IMG/VR virus record: IMGVR_UViG_3300023223_001361
Location: 1 to 64,000 of that record
DNA: 64,000 bases
Reading direction: 5' to 3' (one strand)
Source: a virus
Both the position numbers and the translations under genes were made by a program. Shown here one piece after another: positions 63,761 through 64,000 of the stretch (its first letter is position 1; every line of letters starts with the position of its first letter). Below the pieces are notes generated by a model, which saw only the letters and a program-made list of their open reading frames with translations, did not search any database and was not told the origin of the DNA.

Positions 63761-64000
63761 ATGGAATGGAAATTAATTGAAACAGTAGAAGACTTTGGCA
63801 AAATTTTTGAGGTTGGTGGATTCAAAGTATGGGAAGCATCACCACTTGCTCTTTTACATGGCGCGCTTCCTTATCAAATGTTAATGGTGTTGGCTGCCGA
63901 CGAAACTAAAAAAGAATTGGCGAGTTTTTCTGATAGAGAAAATGTAGAATCTTTTATAGAAGAGGGAATGAAATTAGAAGGGATGAAATATGATGGCAAA
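63761..64000 (+). CDS. Hypothetical protein (3'-truncated by the window)
   Basis: ATG 63761 after AGGA; frame open to the end of the window. Confidence 0.55.
   Translation, partial: MEWKLIETVEDFGKIFEVGGFKVWEASPLALLHGALPYQMLMVLAADETKKELASFSDRENVESFIEEGMKLEGMKYDGK

Overview
A 64-kb, AT-rich segment of a large T4-like myophage genome (T4 superfamily, with the gene order of the environmental/cyanophage-type branch rather than the enterobacterial T-evens). Every supportable gene is on the + strand. From left to right: the 3' part of a very large VrlC/DUF4815-like virion protein; a cluster of tail-fibre and accessory structural genes; neck/tail genes gp13-gp14-gp15; terminase gp16-gp17; gp18-gp19-gp20; head genes (gp67/gp68-like, gp21, gp22, gp23); gp3; uvsY-uvsW; gp55-gp47-gp46; an accessory island (soluble AAA+/FtsH-M41 protease, DruA/DUF4338-like protein, tRNA-Gly, two head-spike-base-like paralogues, tRNA-Leu, VWA/peptidase and MoxR/CobS pair); the gp45-gp44-gp62-regA module, interrupted by inserted ORFs including a frameshifted uracil-DNA glycosylase; dUTPase; PseT; a metallophosphoesterase; a GH24 lysozyme; DNA polymerase gp43; and two orphan DNA methyltransferases. 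The most notable feature is that gp43 is split into two genes in the fingers domain by a ~1.8-kb cassette carrying a Zn-finger ORF, a protein phosphatase-like enzyme, tRNA-Asn and a GIY-YIG endonuclease. Annotations come from motif recognition and synteny only; no database search was run.
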